From Felis catus (Eukaryota): a stretch of 64,000 nucleotides of DNA. Positions 53,051-64,000 of this stretch are shown piece by piece. The position numbers were made by a program, and so were the translations under genes. The notes under the pieces are model-generated. The model was not told the DNA's origin. It saw only the letters and a program-made list of their open reading frames with translations, and did not search any database. How positions within the stretch are numbered: the stretch's first letter is position 1; the number at the start of each line of letters is the position of its first letter. The stretch is taken from the NCBI RefSeq assembly GCF_018350175.1, contig NC_058368.1, positions 152,150,001-152,214,000 of the forward strand, read 5' to 3'.

Positions 53051-53430
53051 GACTTATGGTAAATTATTTCCACATAGTAAGAGAAAGTAGAAAGCCCTCC
53101 CCTGGTGGACCTAATGGAGTGAGAACCAAGATGAGAGCCAGAGGTGGAGCAAAAAGGAGTCAAACCTGAGGAGGGGCCTATGGAAACTAAATCTCTATGG
53201 GGAAATTTGGGAACATTACAAAGTTGCAAGTCTTGGGGAGAATGGAGGAGGGAAGATAGTCAACATGGATAAAGAGAAGGGGCTAAAGACATGAGCCAGA
53301 GACACTGCTCCTAGTTACTGGTGGTCTGTTGTGTAGGGGCTTATGCATGCCTCGGTAAGGGGTGATGGGGATGGATTCTGAGGGGAATGGTGACATAGCA
53401 GAGGCCTAGGATCATGATCAAGAAATTTTA

Positions 53431-53757
53431 GGATGTGAGGGCGATCTGGCTGCAACATCTGTCACCCCATGTATCACCAGGGTCGATTCAACTGATCCGG
53501 CTAGCTAGGCAGGTGTCCCCTTCCTCCCTCACTGCTCCATGTGCATCCTTCCCAAAGCTGCACCCTCGGTTGAAGAGGATGACCTTCCCTGGTAAAGGAG
53601 GACCATTCTTTGGTCAAGGGTATGTAAGCAGTTGCGCTCCCCTGTTAGAACCTCCAAACAGGCTCTCAAGGTTCATTTGTAGTAAATCATAGGGTAGTCA
53701 AGCTTCTAATACTCAAGATACATCCAAATGATGTGCTGCATGTGGAAGCCTGCCTTT
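53431..53757 (+). pseudogene. RN7SK: Full-length 7SK snRNA processed pseudogene
   Basis: GGATGTGAGGGCGATCTGGCTG...GCATGTGGaAGcCTGCCTTT is collinear with 7SK; many CpG-to-TpG/CpA changes; (TAAA)n tail; TSD aagaaatttta (53420-53430, 54072-54082). Confidence 0.95.
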
Positions 53758-53778
53758 ATAAATAAATAAATAAGCAAA

Positions 53779-53817
<39 letters not shown>

Positions 53818-53831
53818 ATGGATAAATTTTT

Positions 53832-54049
53832 ATTTAATTTTTTTTTCAACATTTATTTATTTTTGGGACAGAGAGAGACAGAGCATGAACGGGGGAGGGG
53901 CAGAGAGAGAGGGAGACACAGAATCGGAAACAAGCTCCAGGCTCTGAGCCATCAGCCCAGAGCCTGACGCGGGGCTCGAACTCACGGACCGCGAGATCGT
54001 GACCTGGCTGAAGTCGGACGCTTAACCGACTGCGCCACCCAGGCGCCCC
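53832..54049 (-). mobile_element. Young Can-SINE (SINEC_Fc type) inserted in the 7SK tail
   Basis: CpG-intact; perfect TSD aaatggataaattttt (53816-53831, 54051-54066). Confidence 0.96.
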
Positions 54050-54531
54050 AAAATGGATAAATTTTTAAGAAAAGAAATTTTAGTGAACTGGGACCATGGA
54101 CTTTAGTAGTGGCTTCCTTCATAACAACCATTGAGGCCACATGGGACTACTCACACTATGCTCATTGCCATCAATCTACCCAATCTACCTCTACCTCTCT
54201 GGGGATGGAAGAGAAAATCCAAAGGACTGGTATTATTATAAAAGACACTGCCTTAAATATGAAGAGGCCAGGAGACCACTGATTGTCAAGATTTCTTCCC
54301 ACCATGGCTCCCTGCACACTACTCAGTGATGGGGGTAGTCCTGAGAAAGATGACTTACAGACCACACAATTCAGTTGCAATTTATGAATTGTGACCCTGC
54401 TACATACCACATTTTGGAAATCTCAGTTTTATATATTATTTATCAAAGATCTGTGCCATACATAAAATGAGTTTTCCCACTTTGAGCAGTTATATAATCA
54501 ATAACTTCTAGTTAAAAAAGTAACAATGCTT

Positions 54532-54710
54532 GGGGTGCCTGGATGGCTCAGTCAGACTCTTGATTTTGGCTCAGGTCATGATCTCACAGTCATGAGACTG
54601 AGCCCCATAGAGCCTACTTAAGATTCTTCCTCTCCTTCTGCCCCTCCCCTGCTCCCACTCTCTCATACATATGCATGCTCTTTCTTTCCCTCTCTCTCCA
54701 AAGGAAAAAA
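54532..54710 (+). mobile_element. Can-SINE (internally deleted)
   Basis: ggggtgcctggatggctcag head; TSD taacaatgctt. Confidence 0.85.
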
Positions 54711-57469
54711 AATAACAATGCTTAATATTAACTTGACTTTCTAATAAAATGTAATTTAATCATTTGAAAGTTTGATAGGTCATCTACCACATACAATGTA
54801 CTTATTAGGCAAAATCTGTTGCCATTGGTCATTTGCTAAAGTGTCCGACATTCTCTCTTCACCTCAACTTACTGAATGGGGCTACTAAAAGCACAATCTA
54901 TATTAGTCCTGTAAGTATTTTTTTTTTAAGTATTAGAGTAACTGAATGAACTGCTTCTAAGGTTTACTATTTATTCTCAACTGAAAACAAAACACTGGAT
55001 CTGAGCCTAAGTGAAGAACTTTATCATTTATCCTTCTCCATTTAAGTTCAAGTCAGGTAATATCTTGAAAGTGATATTTACTTGGATAAAATCAGAACAG
55101 CAGCCTAAACAAGGTCCTTCTCATGCTATTATTCTGAAACTTCCATTGCTATTTTTGTATGTGTTTTCTCCCTCTTCTTTGCAATCTTTGTAACTTAATC
55201 CTCACTGGGGTTCTTCTGTGTTAAAGCAGATAAGCAAAAGTGAATCCTTATATTAGCCGGAAGGCAGCAGGCATAAGAAAAAAGAAGTAGTGGTCACAAT
55301 CGAAGGACATGTTTTCAATAGTGGTTCAGACATTTTAGAAAAGCTTACTCATCTTTCATATCTGCTAGTATGACCACCTTATTCTTCTTTTTCAGATTGC
55401 CTTCAGGGTTATCTGCTGTTTGAGTGTCATTACAAAAGTCAGGTCTGCTCAGGATCATGTCAAATAAGTTATCCTTGTGTCCTATTTTAACTCCCCATTA
55501 CTTCTTCCCAGCCCTGTACTCTGGGTCCTAACTATGCGTCATATAATGGCAGCTGAGTGCCTCCTTGCGTCACGTCACTTTCTCTCTTAATACGATGAAT
55601 ACCAATCTTATGCAAACCCCTTAAGAGTGTCATAGGTTGTGGTTTTGCTGTGACATCTGAACAAATACCAAGCCTCTTATGGGGAGTAAAATAAGGCATC
55701 CTTAGAAAGGGTTACCTGTACAATTTATTATATCAGGATTACTAATCACTTAAGAAAATATAACTTCAAAAATTAATTATGCTTTATAGATACCTTACAA
55801 ATAAATCCATACTTTAAAAATTTCATGCTGCTTTAACTTTGTCTGGAATCTTACCTTCTGCCCCCAAATTTAACAGCTTAGTTATCCATTATCTAAGCAT
55901 TTGCCTTGCATTTGAATAATACAGTTTAATCAGATTTTCTAAAGCTTTTATTAGATTATTTTAGAGTGGCATAAATAATGTAAAGTAAGCCTAATTTCAT
56001 ATTAGATACCTTCTGTGGTTGTTCATGCAGCTCAAGTTTTTTTTTTTTAATTAAGGCGATTCCAGCAGTCATTTCTGACTTCTGTGGCATCTTTCTACAA
56101 ATCCTATCTACTTTACTGCTACACCGAGGTTCATTTGTGTCATTCAAATCTTTGCTCTTTAAATATCCACTTATAAATTTATTATGGCAATACATTCATA
56201 TCTTTACATTTAATCTGAAACTTCGATAACAAGCAGGAGATGGAATAAATGAGTAGCAGACACACTTGACAAAATTAAAATGCTCTCCTGTCAGTGCCCA
56301 TACGAACTATCACAATGACAGAATAGCATTTTAATTTTGTCCAGTTCTTCTCTCTCCTTTTCACTCTTCATTTCTCCTTCCCCAGCTTGCCGTGGAACCT
56401 TTGATAAAAGACCCAGACTTTAAGTGCCCAACATCCTCACCAAAATGTCGGAGGATGTTTTAGAATCATGGATTTTGAATGACAGAGATGAACTTCGCAG
56501 CAGCACTGCTGCAGTGGGGAATTTATCATTTTGTTAATTAAGGAGGGTTTTCCAATAGTCACTCCAGACATTGCCTCTGGAATATCATTAATTAACAATC
56601 TCACTTCCACCATGGGAGGGAGGGGGGAGGCCAAGCAGCAAAACTGACAAAAGGAATAACTATTGAAATACACACACCTACAAATTTGAAAAGCACAAGG
56701 CAAATTTGGAAAGGAGGCAAATTATTTAAAGCTGGTATTATAGGATCAACAGAGTTAACAAAAATCCAATTCATAGAATCAAAGCTATCTCTGTTCACAG
56801 GCCTTGCGTTAGTCTCTAAATAAAGTCAACAATTTAGAAACACTTTATCTGAAGTAAATAATTTACCATGTTGTTTGGAATTTGGGTGTTTTTTTTTTTC
56901 CATGAAGACTGTTACCTTTCTAGGGGAGAAGAAAATGAGTCTTTTTTTTCCAGTTTTCTTATTTGTTGAGTATCCAGGTAACAAACTACTTAAAATCAAC
57001 CAAACAAAACTTGATAATTGGCCCCTATCCCCATCTGAGCCACAGAAGAATGTAACCATGGCAACCTGTCGTTTAGAACAGACCATCTCGTGTACCTTTC
57101 AGAATTTAAGTATGTGAGAATCTATCCATTCCTAAGCAGAATTATCGTGCCGGGAACATTTTGTTCTTTATTGTAAAGGAAGTATGAAGCCAGGCTCCTA
57201 AATAGTTCTCAACAAGGTGTTCAGGTGAAAGAGAGGCTCAGTAACTATGAAAGATGCAGATACATACTCTAAAGTGAAGTTCTTTTTGTTAAGGAATAAA
57301 CAAGAAGTGGACTTCATGCAAGGGCAACAATTAATGTCACTATGACTGTAGCAGCGTAGCTTGAGGAAACCTTAGTTTCCAAAGTAAGAAGCTTGGTTAC
57401 AACACAGCCACAGCCGGACACAGAAACCAACTCATCTCGAACTCACCCTGCTAAATAAGATAAAAACAG

Positions 57470-57712
57470 AGAGGGAGGAAAACTGTAAGAGACTCTTAGA
57501 GAACTGAGGATTGCTGAAGGAGGGGAGGTGGGTGGGGGGATGGGTTAAATGCGTGATGGGCATTAAGAAGGTTACTTGTTGGGATGAGCACTGGATGTCA
57601 TATGTAAGAGATGAATCAGAGTTCTACTCCTGAAGCCAAGACTACACTGTATGTTAGCTAACTTGAATCTGAATACAATTTAAAAAGTAAATAAATAAAA
57701 TTTTAAAAAATA
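57470..57712 (+). mobile_element. 5'-truncated L1 3' UTR fragment
   Basis: aagagactcttagagaactgagg...gggatgagcactggatgtcatatgtaag...ctatgtt-like end, followed by A tail. Confidence 0.8.
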
Positions 57713-58869
57713 AAGTAGTTTTGTCTTTCCAAAAGGCACATTTAGCATATACCAGTAAGTACTATAAATTCACCTCATTTTGGTTGGTGGTGTTGTCCTT
57801 CAGCAATGAAAACTACAAACAGGACTCACCTGTCTGCATTTCATAATACATGAGAACTGTTTTTATTTCTAGTGACAGGGCCTAACCGGCCAGCCAATGA
57901 TCTTACAGACTTAATCTTCAGGTGTCCCACATCCGCAAAAGAGTTTGAAAAGTGGTCCCTTATTGAAGGCAGCAAGTCTCTTTAAGCATTAAAATAGTGT
58001 TAGTGATGATTAAAACCTTTGATCAGTTTTTAATTCTATCAGTGAAACTGGCAGCCAATTTCTCTATTTCCACTAGAATAATTTTAGGAGGAAAAACATA
58101 AAAAAAAGAACTTAGTGAGTGGGTATCTCAAATCATGAGGTTAGCAGGAACAAAATACGTTTCGTTAGAGCTGGATGTATTCTCTTTGCAGTCTCTACCT
58201 CAAGGGGCTATAATGGGTATCTGAAGGATACCACCCAAGGGTGGATTTTGCACTGTATATTTAACATGCTATCAGCAGATTTAAATTTCTACATCACTGC
58301 TATGTGGGGATCACTATGAATACAGCTAACCTTTTTATCTATATACAATATCAAAGCATGTGTGATAGTTCTTTAATTCCTATTCAAGCCCCAATTCCTA
58401 TTCAAGTCAACAAATGTGTATTTGAGCACCTGTTGTGGGAAAGGTACTCTGCAAAGTGCGGTAGGGTGCACAAAGGAGCCCTAGTTGATTTCCCATGAAG
58501 CTAACCTAACTTTAGTCCTCCTCTCATCCTTTTGCAAGGATCTGGCAGGGAAGGTGGCAATTTTGTAATTCATAATTCTTAGTATTTTCCTTTAAAAATT
58601 GTTCTAAAATTGTATGATCTTTGGGTTCCACAAACCTAGACATGCATCATTATCATCTTCTGCTGAAGTTTAATTTTAACACTTGCACATTTTTCTGTGT
58701 GGAACTATTCCAAGAAGAGTGGTGAGGTGCTGACTGATGGTACCTCTAGGGGTTTGGACACTTTTCAAGGGGAAGAGGACATGTGGCCTGAGCGATAGAG
58801 CAATGAAACCTACAATAATTTAAAGGCATCTCTGCTTTACTGTTTGGGTCATCTCTATTAATAGGATAA

Positions 58870-59090
58870 AAAGAGAGAGAAGCAGACCATAAGAGACCCT
58901 TAACTATAGAGAACAAACTGAGGGTTGCTGGAGGGGAGGTGGGCAGGGGGAATGGGCTAAATGGGTGATGGGCATTAACAAAGAGGGCACTTGTTGTCAT
59001 GAGCACTAGGTGTTATATGTAAGTGAAGAACCACTGAGTTCTACTCCTGAACCCAATACTATGTTAACTAACTTGAATCTAAATAAAGAG
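58870..59090 (+). mobile_element. 5'-truncated L1 3' UTR fragment
   Basis: cagaccataagagacccttaactatagagaacaaactgagggttgctgg...ctatgttaactaacttgaatctaaataaa. Confidence 0.8.
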
Positions 59091-59447
59091 TTTTTTTTTT
59101 TTAATGTGTGCAAGTGGTTAGCATTAAATTAAAGAAACCGTTTTGGAAATTCCTTCTTGCTAGCAAATATAGGAAGTCTAAATTTAAAAAATATATATAA
59201 AAGGAGTAATAATTTCTGTAATACATAGACATTTATAATCCTACTGACTACCACTTGTTGGATATGCATTTTATGTTTGCAGCATGCAAAATATTTCCTG
59301 TACATTAAATCCTCATAACAAACCCACGAGGTAGATACTATGACATTCTCAACTTTAGAGAGGATCCCAGGAACTAGACAGATTAAATAACTTTCCTAAA
59401 GTTATACTACCATTAGCCACTTAAAAATCTCATTTAAAAAATAAAAT

Positions 59448-59665
59448 AGGGGCACGTGGGTGGCTCAGTCAGTTGGGAATCTGACTCAGGTAATGATCTC
59501 ACTGTTCCCGAGTTCAAGCCCAGCGTCAGGCTCTGTGCTGACAGATTAGAGCCTGGAGCGTGTTTTGGATTCTGGGTCTCTCTCTCTCTCTAACTCTGCC
59601 CCTCTCCCACTCAACTCTGTCTCTCTCTCTCTCTCTCTCAAAAATAAACATTAAAAAAATATTTT
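59448..59665 (+). mobile_element. Can-SINE
   Basis: ggggcacgtgggtggctcag head; TSD aataaaatag. Confidence 0.9.
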
Positions 59666-61921
59666 AATAAAATAGATTGAACTAAAATTTCATTAGAAAA
59701 AGCAGACTGTTCAGTCACTATTTCATCACATAAATGCAGACACTCTCTTAGGGAATCTCGATTTGGGATTATGAATTAGTAAAACTGTCTTTGAAAGCAA
59801 TTTGACAATCTGAGTTTTTTTAACTATGAAATTTTTATACCTTCCACCCAATGATTTCATTTCTAAATTAACCTAAAAACATCATCTGAAATTGGACAAA
59901 GATTTATATCTAAAAATGCTCTTCTCAGTATCATGTATAACAATAAATAATATATATTTAAAATAAAGATATATAATTATAGTGAAATGTAAGGCAGATT
60001 TATATATTAGAATGATATATAGGCATCAAAAGTTGTGTTTAACGTTTTACCTAACATTATGGTACAAAAGTACTAAACACACAAAAATGCATTTTAAAAA
60101 AGGCTGGAGGAAAATATAACAAGTTGTAATAGTGTTTGAGTTTATGAATATCTAAGTGGGAAAATTCTGTGTGCAATTGAAGGTAGGAAACTGAAACTGA
60201 GTTTTAAGACATATTTCAAGCTCAAAAGAAGAATCATCAAAATAATGATGAAAGTCAAAGTCAGCAAGACAGCATTAGATGATACTTAGGTGTATATTTT
60301 TTTAACTTTTTGAAGCTTTTTTGGACTTTTGAAATCTTCTATTTTCAATGTGCATTATCTTTCTAATAAAAAGATTTTTTAAATGGGGGAATCATTGAAA
60401 ATGGAAGATGTTAAAGAAGGATTTCAGGAGGCAGTTAAACTTAAGTTATATTTTTGAAATATCAGCAAGTTTTATATGAGCAAAGAGGAAATAGAAATCC
60501 AGGGCTAGTCCTAATAGTAAAAACTTGGAGTAGAGAATGTTCAGGCTGCATCTGTGAGGAAATGTCTTAATTTCATGGAATGCAGGATTCTCTCTAGAAA
60601 GATGGAAACTAAATTTTAGCTATTATCATGAAACCAGATTATTCTGCAACTTGATGTCATTTTGAGAATCTGGAATATTACCTACTAAATAAAGTGTGGA
60701 TCAGTGCCCATCACTGAGCCGAGGACTGGCGTGGAAAGCTGGAGGAAGGCAATGAAGTGGTAGTATGTAGATGAAACAAGAACTCTAGAGAACTTAAGAG
60801 TAGAAAGCACTCTGCTATAATCTTCAAGGCACATGATTATTAGTTTTGAAATTAGTTTATTCATAGTGTTAATAGCCAAGAATGTACAGACATCAGAGAA
60901 AGTTTAGGGAAAGAATAAACAGCATTTGATGAAAATAAATGTATGAGATTAAAATGATGGGACGGTATAGACCTTGAGTTCTGGTGACTTCAGTGGTACC
61001 ATTTTTTTTTTACAAAGGAGAAAGGCATAGTTTGTTTGGGAAGAAAGTGATTTCAAACTTTAATACGTTTAGATTGAGGAGACAGAGAATCCACCAAGGG
61101 AACAAGTCCCCATAGCAATTGAGATGCAGACCTCTGAAGCTGGGGTAAATGGAATAAAAGTTTCTCTTATGACTCAAACAAAGCTAGAAGCCAGAAAGAG
61201 AGGAAAAAAATAATCAACTCTGCCTAGTACCATCAGAGGGTGTTAGCAGTTACTCATTTTAAGTGTCACTTTGCAAACAGACTTAAACCAACCTTTTGGA
61301 ACCTAACCAAATTATAAATAGAAGACGTTCTGTGAAGAGGAAGGCCCTCAACATGGAAGTGAAAGTCAAAACCATGAGTCATAGTTGATCCAGGGAAAGT
61401 ATATAAAAAGGAAAGAGAAATGGCCAAGAATTAAACTCTGGGAATGTTCACAGATAAGAAAAAAAGAAAAGAAATTTAACTCCAAAACCCAGTGCCTTTA
61501 TTTAAAATTCTAAGATGTAAGGCCAAATTTGTTCTTCAGGTCAGATGTCGACAGCATACATTGAAACTCTAGAAACAAAAAGCCATAGGAAAACAAAAAA
61601 TAAACCTATTGAGTCAGAATTCAGGGTATATTGCTTAATGAACAATTAAAAAATTCTTAAAATCAACCAGTATGAAAGTATGTTTCACAAAAAATCAATC
61701 CATTACTAAAACAAAAGTTCTCTTGGGAAAATAAGAGGTCGATACATTTTGGATTCAAACTGAATGACAAAGAAATTAAGACTAAGTAATAAAGAATATA
61801 TTTACCTGAGAAGCATCCCAATTAGCTGAATTAACCTGTAATGTTGAGATTGAAGTGGTTACATTTTCCTTCTAAAGACACATGTGTAAATCAAAAGGAC
61901 ATTAAAAATAATTACCTACAT

Positions 61922-61990
61922 ATTCTCTCTCTCCCTCTCGCTGTCCCTCTGCCCCCTCTCCCAATATAAATAAATGAACGTTAAAAAAAG
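61922..61990 (+). mobile_element. 5'-truncated Can-SINE 3' end
   Basis: CT tract followed by ataaataaatgaacgttaaaaaaa, with no head. Confidence 0.55.
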
Positions 61991-62849
61991 TACCTAAATA
62001 AACTATCCAAATTGCAAATCATTATATATTTACTTTTTAAGATGGCAAATACAGCGAGATGCTTTCTCTGTAAATGTTCCTTCTCTAGCTCCAATTTCTG
62101 AAAGATAAACTTGACTTTTTGTCACAGAATCTCACATTTATGGGTTCTCAAGATATGATTTCACTTTCACTTGAATTAAAGCAAGTATGTTCTTTCTCCT
62201 GATGGCCAAACCCCAAAAGGATTAGTTAAGCTGAAGCTGAACAAAGGTACCAAGTCTCAAGAGCACTTATTGGGAATCTAGACATGTCTTGTCACCAGGG
62301 TTACAGGAAAATACAGTACCAACCATGGAGATAAGAGACTGAATAAAAAAAAAAACAATTAAAATGTTAAGCTTTCTTTATAATGTGGGAATCAAAAAAA
62401 GTAAGACTCCTATTAACATATCTTTATTTAAAATTAACAACCACCCACATTTTTCTGTGTTTTTATGCCATATTTTAAAGAAATAAAGCATTGCAGACAA
62501 ACTTAAAGTCGTCTATAGCCACCCCTTATTCCCATTTCATTCCTTTCCTCCCTAAAGGCGAACTCTCTAGGTAGATTTCTACTTCAGAAACCTTTAGTAA
62601 ATGCTCAAACTTACTAGTCGCCAGGGAAGTACAAATTAAAATAATGAAATAACAATATACACACATCAGATTGGCCAGAAACTACAAAGTCTAACAGTAT
62701 CAAAGCCCAGGTGAATCTTTGGGAAAGAGGGATTCTTTTATCCATCTGATGGGAATGTAAACTTGAAGTTATCTCTCTGGCGAGGAATTTGCCAATACCT
62801 GATAAATGTCGAATGTGTTTACCCCATGACAAGGCAATTCCATGACTAG

Positions 62850-63245
62850 GTTGTGAATATAAACTATTCTTTCCTCTCCCTAGGTATATAGAGGGATTAT
62901 ACTCCTCAGTCCCCTTGTCTTTAGGTGGGGCTAGTTCTGGCTAATAACTGAGAGACAGAAATGGGTGTCACATGTTACTGGATATATAATTGTGAGAGAA
63001 AGGCCTCCAAGCTCCTACTTGCCTTGCCAAGATGATCTTGGAAGCATATGCTAATGTGTAGGGAACATAAGATCAAGGCAATCTGGGGAATGCTGAGCCA
63101 AATACATGAGGAAAGCTGCCCTGGGGAGTCACCTGAGTCTGTAAAAGATTTTATATGAGCAAGACACAAATTTCTTTTGTGTTAAGCCACTAAGATTTGG
63201 AGGTAGCTCTCTATGGCAGCACAAATAGCTTACGCAGACAAATAG
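62850..63245 (+). mobile_element. MLT1 (ERVL-MaLR) LTR inserted in an old L1 relic (~62620-63500)
   Basis: ctagttctggctaat and ttgtgttaagccactaagatttggagg motifs; L1 ORF2-like flanks (gatgggaatgtaaa; gacaaggcaattcc). Confidence 0.65.
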
Positions 63246-63789
63246 ATAAATATACACATCACACAAAAATTCTCACACATAGACACAAGGAGACATGCAT
63301 CTTAGATGCAACCTTTGCAATAATACAAAATTGATAAATATCTTCATGTTAATGAGTAATGGGACCGATCAGTTTTGGTATATTTATATGATGGTATTGT
63401 AACTATCAGAAAGAAATACAGAAGAATTTTATTTATGTGTATATGGATTAATCAAAAAATAATTTTAAGAGAAGTTGCTGAGTGGTATGTATAATATGAT
63501 AATACTAGAATGCCTCAATTAGGACAGGAAATTTACTGTCCTGGTAGGTGATACTAATGGCTCAATAAATATTTGTTAAGTGAATAAATAAATGAATTTC
63601 TATTATTTTGGAAATTTAGAAATACAGTATATACTACATAATATCTATCGGTTTTCTTACATGTAGTAAATAATTTAAAAACATATACTAGAAACATCAT
63701 TTTGTTAACTCATTTTCAGCTGAATAAAGTAACTATGCGATTAGCTTAATTGCCTTGTTACCCCCAAATTAATCTTTCCCTCTGTTAGG

Positions 63790-63990
63790 ATACTCCAATT
63801 TGACATTTGCTGTTGGCTTTAGGTAAGCTACTTAACTTTTCATTGCCACATTCTCCCCACTAGTAAAATAAGATTAAAACATAATATTTGTAATATTCTT
63901 GTGATGATGAAATTAGATAATATATCTAAAGTGCTCAGACCAGAATGTAGCATAACGTAAGCAAACAAAAGCTATTAGCTGCTGTTGTCA
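63790..63990 (+). mobile_element. MIR relic
   Basis: aagctacttaactt...gtaaaataagattaa...aattagataatatatctaaagtgctcag. Confidence 0.55.
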
Positions 63991-64000
63991 TTATTGTTGT

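Noticed and set aside
53435..53692. 85-aa ORF
   Set aside because: It lies wholly within the 7SK pseudogene
1..64000. CRISPR array, operon or prokaryotic-type novel system
   Set aside because: The sequence is mammalian and repeat-rich; I saw no repeat-spacer array, gene cluster or compositionally foreign insert

Overview
AT-rich mammalian genomic DNA, almost certainly from a cat-family (Felidae) genome, judged from about 20 Can-SINEs that include young, CpG-intact SINEC_Fc-type copies. I find no intact, recognisable protein-coding gene. The ORF track is explained by LINE-1 ORF2 fragments, SINE bodies, microsatellites, an ERVL remnant and chance frames. Contents: a near full-length degraded L1 (~38.8-45.7 kb) with nested SINEs; a younger 5'-inverted L1 (13.8-15.5 kb); older L1M, L2 and MIR relics; solo LTRs (MER34-like ERV1, MLT2, MLT1); a decayed ERVL gag-pro-pol segment; a Charlie1-type hAT fossil; a full-length 7SK retropseudogene with a SINE nested in its tail; and a 31-nt tailless U6 retrocopy. 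Almost all L1 and LTR copies lie on the + strand. Several splice-signal-bounded short segments occur on the - strand. Together these suggest the window is intronic to a long minus-strand transcription unit (inference; host gene not identified). I could not support a novel multi-gene system. The most promising leads are the minus-strand splice architecture (a possible recursive splice site and micro-exons) and several retrotransposition and template-switch scars. Repeat family names come from recalled consensus motifs, not a database search, and boundaries of old repeats are approximate.
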